Of a DNA stretch of 64,000 nucleotides, positions 30,801-38,625 are shown one piece after another. The notes below the pieces were generated by a model. That model searched no databases. It was not told the DNA's origin and saw only the letters and a program-made list of their open reading frames with translations. This DNA comes from Candidatus Latescibacterota bacterium (GTDB lineage Bacteria > Latescibacterota > UBA2968 > GCA-2709665), in NCBI GenBank assembly GCA_965205485.1, contig OZ242180.1, positions 3,072,001-3,136,000 on the forward strand, written 5' to 3'. How positions within the stretch are numbered: position 1 is the stretch's first letter; each line of letters begins with the position of its first letter. The translations under genes and the position numbers were made by a program.

Positions 30801-30999
30801 CAATCGAGACAGTTTTGAACCGTGGGAAGCCCGGGACGGCGGGTTCGAGCTCCGGGACCTGAAAGCGGGCTATGGGCTGGGTGTCCGCGTAAACATGGGG
30901 CTGGCGCTTTTTCGCTACGACCTGGCGTGGCCCACCGATTTTGCGGAAACGGGCCATCCCAAGCAATATTTCTCGATCGATTTCACCGGATTGTTTTAG
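27805..30999 (+). CDS. Outer-membrane protein: gluzincin peptidase domain + PD40 beta-propeller + Omp85 (BamA/TamA-type) barrel
   Basis: Signal peptide, RBS AAGGAGG, HELAH...EGVAEY, repeated WSPDG, PLRG, terminal Phe. Confidence 0.88.
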   Translation: MIWRHLTSAILISLFAFGMANGQEYFGKNKVTYDDYDWHFLETEHFKVYFDKASQPAAEFAAKEAERSLVRLEKDLKYTLKDRYPIVIYNSHNGFSVTNILPTEQSEFTGGFTEFAQGRVVIPYTGSYADFRHVIHHELAHVVTLEMWTGGGWLGAMMTQTASLPPLWIAEGVAEYLSQGGWDREADNFMRHATITGFVPGMMSLSGAFAYKGGQSVFVMIEEEYGKDKVAEFISSFRSARSVDKALKASVGEGVEELDEKWQLWLKRQYWNEINLHHPSEEVAKQLTEAGAGRGFYNIAPSFSPQGDKIAYVTERQGTFDIYLMSAIDGQDLGRLVEGERSSDFEGLFVLRPGITWSPDGKQIAFAAKSRNKNTLYTLDVRKKRVTKRFKFDLDGLFEPTWSPDGKQIAIVGLKDGWSDVYVVDVGDERLRRMTRDPYDEKHLDWSPDGKWIAISSDRPSADLSYDGSKDFEFGVYDVFVLKADGSEIRRVVESDVNDSHPTWGPDSQTLAFVSDRTGVGNIYITRVDGTQMYPISNLLSGARYIDWSADGRKLAFTTFHRGGYDIFVMKDPRKQKRGMEDLPLTRYAKRLAGIEDRPFVELQRERRQEQRAVAEADADSGGVAAREDTAAVVAAADRKVETWMSDQMALAAAEARGDDEEAAGADTLAADGDRELTLRDWNREFTVNKYRVKLKPESFGANAGFDTFYGVSSLLQLSLTDVMGDHRVVIQTGLSFSLKDSDLFLGYQNLKHQTNYYLSALHTRNFFISNGQVVADRILGGGAVFQRPFNRFTRLETSMQAISISRENLGSYQSQYLRGGYTGRVIRGSGTPVSSNKAVINSLELVDDNALYSLYGPTKGRRARLSVRGSWAGMRYGTVQADYRKYIPMLDEYTFAVRMSGGTSFGRNSQVFFLGGVNNSINPNFATFASVDRQRIFFSSFVWPLRGADVFEMAGDSYVLANVAFRFPLLRQLALGWPLPLFFQNVQGELFLDAGSAFNRDSFEPWEARDGGFELRDLKAGYGLGVRVNMGLALFRYDLAWPTDFAETGHPKQYFSIDFTGLF

Positions 31000-31159
31000 C
31001 AGCCCGTTGAAAAAGCCCATCCGGTCTACGGCCGGCCCTTGCGGTCGAAATACTGCGTTGCGCTCCCTCGCCGAATCGCAGGATGGGACTCGGTCGCGCG
31101 CCTTGTCTTCGGCCACAATGGCTCGGCCTCGCCTGCAGAGCGACTTTATCAACGGACTG
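31000..31159 (+). mobile_element. MITE family 1, 160-bp form
   Basis: TIRs CAGCCCGTTGAAAAAG / CTTTATCAACGGACTG; starts right after the upstream TAG stop. Confidence 0.85.
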
Positions 31160-31228
31160 CTGGCGCAACGGTTCAGTCAGCGCACCTTGAGGTCGAAGGG
31201 TTGTGCGTTTCGGAAAAAGAGACGCAAG

Positions 31229-32398
31229 ATGGTCGGTTGCAGGATTACTGCGGTATTGCTCGCGATATCTGTGATTGCGGGATGTGGAAAGGGCGCAAAC
31301 GATTCCCAGCCGGAGGGCCCCGTCACCGAAAATGGCGGTGGGCCGGCAGCCGACAACCGGGTGGATGGATTCACGGTTCAGACGCTGGCGACCGGCCTGG
31401 ACACGCCCTGGGATCTGGCCTGGGGACCGGACGGCCACATCTGGGTGAGCGAGCGTGCGGGAACGATATCCCGGGTGGATACGGCGACGGGCGCGATCGT
31501 CCGTGTTGGGAGCATCGGTGCGTTCGAGTTGAGCGAAAGCGGCTTGATGGGGATCGCCTTTCACCCGGATTTCGAGAGTCAGCCGTTTTTGTATGCGGTT
31601 TATTCTTATAGTACGGGCGACGGTATTCGAAACCGCCTGGTTCGGATGGGATACGACGGAGCGGAGCTTGCCCGGCCTGAAATCCTGTTGAACGGCATTC
31701 CGGGAGCGCCCAATCACGACGGCTCGCGCCTCGCAGTCGGTCCCGACAACATGCTGTATCTCACGACCGGCGACGCGCAATCGCCCCCTCTCGCGCAGGA
31801 CCTTAATTCTCTGGCGGGGAAAGTCCTTCGACTGGACCCGGAAGGAAAACCCGCCGAGGATAATCCGTTTGGCACGGAGGTTTTTTCCTTAGGGCATCGG
31901 AATCCTCAGGGTCTCGTGTTTCACCCCGTGACAGGGGCGCTCTACAGTACGGAACACGGCCCGCTGGATAACGACGAAGTCAACCTGATTGTGCGTGGAG
32001 GGAATTACGGCTGGCCCAACGTGCGAGGGCTCTGCGATAATGACGTACTGACTGGGGAGACCGCATTCTGCTCGTCAAACAACGTCGTGGAACCGCTCGC
32101 GGTATGGACGCCAACAATCGCGCCCGCGGGAGCGGACATATACACCAGGGACCTGATACCGGCCTGGAAGGGCAGCCTGTTGTTTACGACGTTGAAGGGG
32201 CAGGCGCTCTGGCGTATGGGCCTGTCCTCTGACGGTCTGCGTGCGACGAGCCGCGAGAATCTGTTTAGCGGCCGTTTCGGGCGGTTGCGGGACGTGCTGG
32301 TCGGGCCGCGGGGCGAGGTATACCTCGCCACCAGCAACAGGGACGGCCGGGGTCAGCCTCGGACTGACGACGATCGCATCCTGGTTGTCACGCCGTAG
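31229..32398 (+). CDS. PQQ-dependent glucose/sorbosone dehydrogenase family lipoprotein
   Basis: Lipobox IAGC; PWDLAW, HDGSRL, GHRNPQG, EHGP...DEVN, GRLRDV. Confidence 0.9.
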   Translation: MVGCRITAVLLAISVIAGCGKGANDSQPEGPVTENGGGPAADNRVDGFTVQTLATGLDTPWDLAWGPDGHIWVSERAGTISRVDTATGAIVRVGSIGAFELSESGLMGIAFHPDFESQPFLYAVYSYSTGDGIRNRLVRMGYDGAELARPEILLNGIPGAPNHDGSRLAVGPDNMLYLTTGDAQSPPLAQDLNSLAGKVLRLDPEGKPAEDNPFGTEVFSLGHRNPQGLVFHPVTGALYSTEHGPLDNDEVNLIVRGGNYGWPNVRGLCDNDVLTGETAFCSSNNVVEPLAVWTPTIAPAGADIYTRDLIPAWKGSLLFTTLKGQALWRMGLSSDGLRATSRENLFSGRFGRLRDVLVGPRGEVYLATSNRDGRGQPRTDDDRILVVTP

Positions 32399-32610
32399 AC
32401 GCTTTCGGCAAGAGATACGATTCGACGGCCGGAAACGACCCGGCCGGTCATTCCGGCGGTAGACGACTTATATTGAAACTTTGTTCACGCGCGGACGTAT
32501 TATAAAGCAGAAACGCCCTTTCTCCCGTCGTTGTCCTTTTGGACCTTCCCTCCCGCCAAAAGGTTACTCAACGGAGAGAGGGCGTTTTTTCGTGCGCGGC
32601 CTGACGGACA

Positions 32611-32648
32611 TCGGCGGTCGAATGGTGAGGAATTTTCGGGACAGAACC
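32611..32648 (+). repeat. Truncated right end of MITE family 3
   Basis: TCGGCGGTCGAATGGTGAGGAATTTTCGGGACAGAACC is nearly identical to 58856-58893 and abuts the CTAG containing the neighbouring stop codon. Confidence 0.7.
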
Positions 32649-33473
32649 CTAGATTAGGCTCTCCAGGAGATTTTTTCCCTGAACCAGATCCCTCACCTTC
32701 AGGTCCCAATCCGGAATTTCGCGTTCCATGGTGATCGGGCCGCGGTATCCGATCTGCTTGAGTTTGGCGATGAAGCGGTCCATACCCACGTCGCCGCTGC
32801 CCAGGGGGTATTCCGTACCCAATTGCCCCTTCCCCGGCGGCCACTTTCCGTCTTTCGCATGAACGCTGAAGACGTAGTCGGCGACAATTCCAAGGGCCTC
32901 GATGGGTTCTCCGCTTCCGTACAGGATCATATTCGCCGGGTCGAAGTTGACGCCAACGTTGTTGCGATTCAGCGTTTCGAGAAAGTGGCGCAGCGCAGAA
33001 GCCGTCTCCTGGCCGGTTTCCAGGCAGAAGTCCTGGCCGTTACGTCTGCAATAATCGGCCAATCTTCCGACACATTCAACCATGGCATGGTGGTCGGGAT
33101 GATCCGGTTCTTCCGGGACGAATCCGATGTGTGCGGCCACCTTGTCAACGCCGAGCGCGCGTGCGAAGTCTGAGATACGCTGGGTTATTTTTATGCGTTC
33201 TTCCCTCAGGGACGGATTGAGATATCCCACCGTATCTCTGACCGTGGAAATGTCGGCGTAACTCTCTCCTGAAAACCCCGCGAAAACAGTTGTAATTTGA
33301 ATGCCCACAGATTGTATTTCCCGTATCAGCGCGGCACTTCCGTCGGGATCTTCCAGCACGTCCTCGAACGGGGCGTGAATCTGTACGTTGTCGAAACCCA
33401 GGTCCCGCACCTGCCTGAGCTGGTCCAGGGTCCAACCTGCGCTCATCATGACGCCTATCGGAAGTTCGTTCAT
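32649..33473 (-). CDS. Sugar phosphate isomerase/epimerase (TIM barrel)
   Basis: LETGQE, NFDPANMILYG, VHAKD, TMERE. Start placed at MNELP. Confidence 0.88.
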   Translation of the reverse strand: MNELPIGVMMSAGWTLDQLRQVRDLGFDNVQIHAPFEDVLEDPDGSAALIREIQSVGIQITTVFAGFSGESYADISTVRDTVGYLNPSLREERIKITQRISDFARALGVDKVAAHIGFVPEEPDHPDHHAMVECVGRLADYCRRNGQDFCLETGQETASALRHFLETLNRNNVGVNFDPANMILYGSGEPIEALGIVADYVFSVHAKDGKWPPGKGQLGTEYPLGSGDVGMDRFIAKLKQIGYRGPITMEREIPDWDLKVRDLVQGKNLLESLI

Positions 33474-33502
33474 CGTCTTTCTCCTCCTGTAATTCGTCTG
33501 CT

Positions 33503-35026
33503 TCACTCGTAGATCTCGAACGTACCGTTTCTCACGACCAGAACGACCGGGTCGTAGACCGCGTCTCCATTGCGGTCGAACGAGAATCGACCCAGAACGG
33601 TGTCCAGGTTCGTCATGCCGGCCATCGCGTCGCGAATGGCGCCGGGATCCGTGGATCCGGCCTTTACAATCGCCTCTGCAAGAACATAAAGCGCGGCGTA
33701 CGACTGAGCCGCCCACCGATTCGGTTCCGAACCGAATTTCGAACTGTAATCCTCGACGAAAGATTGATTCCCCGGTGTGGCTGCCGCAGCCGTCCAGCCG
33801 GTAATTGCGATCGCACCCTCGGCGGCATCTCCGGCATCCCGGATTTCGTCCTGGGTCAAGCCAGGCACGATAAAGGGTATGTTGCCCGGAATGCCCTCAC
33901 GTCGGCCCTGAACCAGACTCTGGACGCGTTGCCGGGACAGTGCGGAAACGAAGACAGCATGCGGATTAAGGGTCCTTATTCTGGCCAGCTGATCGACAAA
34001 GGAGGTATCGTCTGTCCCGAACGTTTCTCTCGCCAAAACCTCGACGCCGTCCTCGGCGAGGGCGCTTTGCAGCGCGTCGTCGCTGCTTCGGGAAAAGACG
34101 TCCGTCGAGTCGACCATCAGGGCGACCCGACGGTATCGCAGCTTCTCGCGGGTGAGCGAAACGCCTCCGGGGATGAGCACGTCGACACTCAGACTCGCGC
34201 GGAAGATAAATTCGCCGATCGCGCTCAAGCCCGCCGCGGCAGAGGTCGTGCTGAAGGCGACAACCCGGTTCTGTTGTGCGAGAGGAAATGCCTCCTTGGC
34301 TTCGGTGGAGAGAGCGGGGCCCAGGATGACGGGTACGTAATCGCGAAAGATCAGCTTGTTGAACGCGTCTACGGCGCCCTGCGCACTGCCTCGGGAGTCC
34401 TCCGTCCTGAACACGATTCTCGCGCCCTCGAGCATCGATGTGCCATTGATCTCTCCGAGAGCGAGCTCCAGACCGCTTTCAATGCCCGCACCGTACTGGG
34501 TCTGCCTGACCGTGAGGGGCGCAACGACGCCGATCGGGATTTCCGCGGGAAGGCCGTCCGGTGTCAGTGCGGTTGCGCCCGTGACGCGCGCTTTTTCGCC
34601 TACCGGCAGTTCAACGGTGACCTGAAAGCCGCGGTTTATCGGGATGCTCGACCACGATCCTATCAGGGTCCCGTCCTTCCGCGCCTGCGCACGATAGTAT
34701 CCGCCCGTCGGCGTCCCCTCGAGCGCCACTCGCGCCTGTCCGCGTCCATCCGTCGTGCCGGCCCACTCGTAGCTGGCGCGGCGTCCGGAAACCGACCGCG
34801 AGAACGTTACGGCGGCGCCGCTTACCGGAGACTGGTCCTGACGGAGACGGGCAACCGCGACCGCAGATGACACATTTCCGTTGACAGCCTGTTTACTCAG
34901 ACGCATCCCCGCATCCTGCTCCGGCGGCGAACCGGACGAGGTGGTCAGGCGTTCGCCGCCGCAGCCAAATACCACGCCCATCGCAATCGGGAAAATGAAC
35001 CAGCTGCGAGTCAAGCTGAACATCAT
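33503..35026 (-). CDS. Lipoprotein: N-terminal module + LivK-type PBP1 domain (paralogue of 2942..4453)
   Basis: Lipobox VFGC; IPIGVVAPLT, FIFRAS, GRFSFDRNGD. Confidence 0.85.
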   Translation of the reverse strand: MMFSLTRSWFIFPIAMGVVFGCGGERLTTSSGSPPEQDAGMRLSKQAVNGNVSSAVAVARLRQDQSPVSGAAVTFSRSVSGRRASYEWAGTTDGRGQARVALEGTPTGGYYRAQARKDGTLIGSWSSIPINRGFQVTVELPVGEKARVTGATALTPDGLPAEIPIGVVAPLTVRQTQYGAGIESGLELALGEINGTSMLEGARIVFRTEDSRGSAQGAVDAFNKLIFRDYVPVILGPALSTEAKEAFPLAQQNRVVAFSTTSAAAGLSAIGEFIFRASLSVDVLIPGGVSLTREKLRYRRVALMVDSTDVFSRSSDDALQSALAEDGVEVLARETFGTDDTSFVDQLARIRTLNPHAVFVSALSRQRVQSLVQGRREGIPGNIPFIVPGLTQDEIRDAGDAAEGAIAITGWTAAAATPGNQSFVEDYSSKFGSEPNRWAAQSYAALYVLAEAIVKAGSTDPGAIRDAMAGMTNLDTVLGRFSFDRNGDAVYDPVVLVVRNGTFEIYE

Positions 35027-35249
35027 GCGCCTCCTTTAGGGAATTTCATTTTCGAACGTCACAAGGATTTCAGTACGTCCGCCTCCTTCGACGCCTCTCG
35101 GCTGACAACCAATATATGGGAGAGTGTCAGCCGGTGTAAAGTTAATTCACATGAGCATGCAGAATCGCTCCCGTTGGCCGGCCGGCGCACGACCAATGGA
35201 GAACTGAAATCTGCCGCTCACCAACCGCGAACAGGCGTCTTGCCCTCCC

Positions 35250-35278
35250 TTGACAACTGCACATTTGTTTAGTATACA
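35250..35278 (+). promoter_or_regulatory. Probable sigma70 promoter
   Basis: TTGACA-N17-TATACA. Confidence 0.55.
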
Positions 35279-35340
35279 TCGGTTATACAAAAAATCCGGA
35301 AACGAGGTGATATTTCAGGATCCATACCTGGAGGTCCCAA

Positions 35341-35637
35341 GTGTCAAATCGCGTTGGGCGGAACGAAGGGTTCACCGGAGGGGCGGCGTTCACGCGCTTG
35401 AGCGACGACTTTCGACGGGTTGTGGAACGCATACAGACCGAAATCAACGGCCTCGTCTCGCCTGCACTGGATGCGGAGCGACTGGCCAGCATAGACGCGG
35501 CCGAGCGGACTGTCGACAGTCTGGCATTGGATTTCCGGCGTGGCGCCGGAAATCAAGACGCCTGGGATGGGGCGCTTGCAGACTATGAATCGACCTGGCT
35601 GAAGATCATCCGCAGCGCGCGTGACAGTGCAAGTTGA
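35341..35637 (+). CDS. Hypothetical helical protein (98 aa)
   Basis: GGAGG RBS, upstream promoter, plausible amino acid composition. Confidence 0.6.
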   Translation: MSNRVGRNEGFTGGAAFTRLSDDFRRVVERIQTEINGLVSPALDAERLASIDAAERTVDSLALDFRRGAGNQDAWDGALADYESTWLKIIRSARDSAS

Positions 35638-35690
35638 CTCCCGCCCGTCACCCGCATCCTGCCACCTGTGTTGATCACGCACGCAGTTAA

Positions 35691-36014
35691 CAGTCCGTTG
35701 ATAAAGTCGCTCTGCAGGCGAGGTATGGTGTCCCGTCCCGGAAATATGTCGCCATTCATCCGCCGATTCGTCCCGTCTGGCGACGTTGCCTTCGCTCGGT
35801 GACCGTGAGCAGGTCGCCTTGCTCAGGCGCCTTGCCAGCCGGGCGACTCGGCGGTCGAATTCCGGCAATCTATTTCCAGGACAGAACACTTGCCATTGTG
35901 GTCGAAGACAAGGCGCGCAACCGAGTCCCATCCAGCGATTCGGCGAGGGCGCGCAACGCCGTATTTCGACCGCAAGGGCCGGCCGCAGCCCGGATGGACT
36001 TTTTCAACGGGCAG
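35691..36014 (-). mobile_element. MITE family 1, 324-bp composite form (family 3 nested at 35729-35888)
   Basis: Same TIRs; TTAA direct repeat on both flanks. Confidence 0.88.
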
Positions 36015-36089
36015 TTAAGTTCCGGAGCGCTATGGAGCGGATCTTCCATTGGAAACCCGCCCCCTGTTTTGAGTACAATCGTTGCGTAA

Positions 36090-37100
36090 TCAGGTCAGGT
36101 CTACGATATCACCGAAATACTTGCCCGTTTCAGCAGTCGTAACCGGTACGCCTGTGTGCGATTCAACGTCACGAATCAACTTCAACACGGGATCCGTGAG
36201 GGCGTCCCTGGTGCGGGCGCCCCGCACATCGGGATCAAGGTGGTCGCAGAACGTGAGCGCGATCTGCGTGGGTCCGTTGAGCATTACCGCCTCTTCAAGG
36301 TGCCGCCATGAAATGTGGCGGGCTTTTCTGCGGCGCCGTCCGGTCGTGACGCCGTATTCGACAATACCACGCCGGTCCTGTTCAGCCTCAGAAATCTCAA
36401 ACGGTAGTGGACCCGCCCCTACGCGACTGGGTACCGCCTTGACCACCAGGATGACGTCCGTTATGTACTGCCAGTTTAGGCCTGAGTCGTCCGCTGCGGC
36501 GACGGCGGTGCAATTGCCGGACGTGCAGAACGGGTAGTCGGCAGTCAGCGAAAGGGAAAGGTGGGTTCCCTGGCTGGATTCGATGACAACAGCGAGACCC
36601 TCCGTGCATGCCGTGTTGATCTCTCGCGGTACGTCGGTGAGGTAATCCTCCAGTTCGGGGATGTCTCGGGCCTGCCGGGCCCTGCGCATGACAAAGTCGG
36701 CTCTGGCAGCGCCGCTGCCGCTGCATACGCTGCCCACATTGACGGCAAGTTGCGTGTCCCGTGCCTCGCGTGCCCGATGTTCGGACGCGATCACCGGACA
36801 CCGCAGATCCACGCGGGCACGGTCGGCGAGTTCGTATCTGTGGATTTCACGGAGGAATATTTCAGGGTCTAACGCGACGCCACTACCTATCCGAAGCTGC
36901 GTGCCAGGATGTAACCACCCGCAGCACAGCTGATGCGTACGGATTTCAGAGCCGTCTTCGAAGTATATGCTGTGGCCGGCGTTGGTGCCGGTTCCGGCGC
37001 GTACACAGAAGGCGGCTTCCTGTTTGAGGGCGGTATAGGCGGCGATTTTTCCTTTGCCGGAATCGCCCCAGAACGCGTCCACAACGAGGGTTGCGCTCAC
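36090..37100 (-). CDS. purA: Short archaeal-type adenylosuccinate synthetase homologue
   Basis: WGDSGKGK, TNAGHS, SQG, YPFCTS, RVGAGP, EYGVTTGRRRR; 336 aa. Confidence 0.85.
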   Translation of the reverse strand: MSATLVVDAFWGDSGKGKIAAYTALKQEAAFCVRAGTGTNAGHSIYFEDGSEIRTHQLCCGWLHPGTQLRIGSGVALDPEIFLREIHRYELADRARVDLRCPVIASEHRAREARDTQLAVNVGSVCSGSGAARADFVMRRARQARDIPELEDYLTDVPREINTACTEGLAVVIESSQGTHLSLSLTADYPFCTSGNCTAVAAADDSGLNWQYITDVILVVKAVPSRVGAGPLPFEISEAEQDRRGIVEYGVTTGRRRRKARHISWRHLEEAVMLNGPTQIALTFCDHLDPDVRGARTRDALTDPVLKLIRDVESHTGVPVTTAETGKYFGDIVDLT

Positions 37101-37196
37101 ATTACACCTCCATATTCGGCATGGTCCATGGAATCATCGTATTGACCCGCTCCGCAAGGCTTGGCGGGCCGGGTAAACCATAACGGATCCCATGAA

Positions 37197-37211
37197 ATAA
37201 AAAAAATTTAT
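37197..37211. promoter_or_regulatory. Candidate LysR binding site
   Basis: ATAA-N7-TTAT (T-N11-A) in a very AT-rich stretch between divergent purA-like and lysR genes. Confidence 0.55.
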
Positions 37212-37326
37212 TAATATTATTTTTGTTATATTATATTTTTATGAATTCTTGCAAGGTCTCACGGCGGGAAGGCAAAGCCACCTGCTTTTTACGGTTTGGA
37301 CCTGCAGCACCGTGGGGTATTGACAA

Positions 37327-38256
37327 ATGGATCTGGATCGCCTTAAGGGGTTTGTCGAAACGGCGCGAGAGAAGAGCTTTACGCGTGCAGCGGAGAAACT
37401 GTACCTGACGCAGCCGGCCGTGAGTCTTCAGGTGAAGGCTCTTGAAGACGAACTCGGCGAAGCCCTGTTCGAACGGCGCGGCAAGCAGATTCTGTTGACC
37501 GAGGCGGGTCGGCTTCTGTTCGCGCGAGCCGAGGCCATCCTGGAGATGGCCGATCGGATCCGGCAGGACATGGCGGACATCGGTCAGTTGCGCACGGGGC
37601 GACTCAGTATCGGAACCAGCGATACGAATTGCGCCTATGTCCTCCCTCCCGCGGTCAAAGCCTTCCGACAGGCACACCCGGGAGTCGAAATCCGCCTGAC
37701 CGACCGCATGTCCCCGGAGGTGGTGCGGCTGGTTCTGGAAGGGGCGGTGGATTTCGGACTGGCCACGCTTCCTGTAACGGAACCCAGGGTGCGGACACGG
37801 CCGCTGTTCATCAGGGAAGACGTGGCCATTTCCAGCGCGACGCATCGTCTGGCATCCGCGAAAACGGTCGATCTGCATTCGCTCGCTGACTGTGCGATGT
37901 TGATGCTGGAGCGAGGCAGTACCAGCCGAGGTCTGATGGACCGGATGTTCGCGGCGGAGGGACTCCAGCCGTACGTCATCATGGAACTGGGCAGCATTGA
38001 AGTGATCAAGCGCTTCGTTGAAATCGGCCTCGGAACAGCGGTCGTACCCGAAGTATCGGTTCGCGACGAGGTGAGATCCGGCAGGTTGACCGCAATTCGA
38101 GTGACTGGGCTTCCGGTGCGCCAGGTGGGTATGGTGCATCGCGACGGTGGCCGCCTCTCACGGGCGGCCGCGGCGTTTATAGGGTTTCTGGAGATGCATC
38201 TGGAGACGATCGGGCTTCGCATACATGAAGGAAAAGGCCGCGGCGTACCGGAGTAG
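37327..38256 (+). CDS. LysR family transcriptional regulator
   Basis: SFTRAAEKLYLTQPAVSLQVKALEDELGEALFER. Confidence 0.95.
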   Translation: MDLDRLKGFVETAREKSFTRAAEKLYLTQPAVSLQVKALEDELGEALFERRGKQILLTEAGRLLFARAEAILEMADRIRQDMADIGQLRTGRLSIGTSDTNCAYVLPPAVKAFRQAHPGVEIRLTDRMSPEVVRLVLEGAVDFGLATLPVTEPRVRTRPLFIREDVAISSATHRLASAKTVDLHSLADCAMLMLERGSTSRGLMDRMFAAEGLQPYVIMELGSIEVIKRFVEIGLGTAVVPEVSVRDEVRSGRLTAIRVTGLPVRQVGMVHRDGGRLSRAAAAFIGFLEMHLETIGLRIHEGKGRGVPE

Positions 38257-38625
38257 CCTGCGGCCGGCGGTTTCGAAGCGGGTGACGCTCAGGATGCGAA
38301 TCGCGCTCGTCGACAGGTCAATCCTCCGCGCATCGCAATGGATCAGGGGTTATCGGCGCCTGTACGAACGCATTGAACAGGGCGACCCAATGTGATCTGG
38401 CGGTGGGCCGAACTTGTGTTTTTCAGGGGTTTTTTGTATCATTAGCCCGCGGCGGCGGCATTGTGTCGCGCCTGCTGCAAGGCACGTAAGACATTCCGTA
38501 CGAGGACCCGCATTGTCGGCCGGCAAACCCGGCGTTGGGTATCCTTGCGTATGAGCACGGAACTTCCAGGCATGGAATACATGCAGATCTCCGGCGCCCG
38601 TGTCATCCCGCTCTGGAGGCGGGTA

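Noticed and set aside
30941..31228. N-terminal extensions and small ORFs over the MITEs (also 35786-36142, 53226-53908, 58851-58925, 59545-59894)
   Set aside because: They are translations of the non-coding repeat; better starts with RBS or signal peptides lie downstream.
36090..37100. PurZ (Z-genome) gene
   Set aside because: The catalytic Asp is retained (GDSGKG, not GSTGKG) and there is no phage, datZ or mazZ context.
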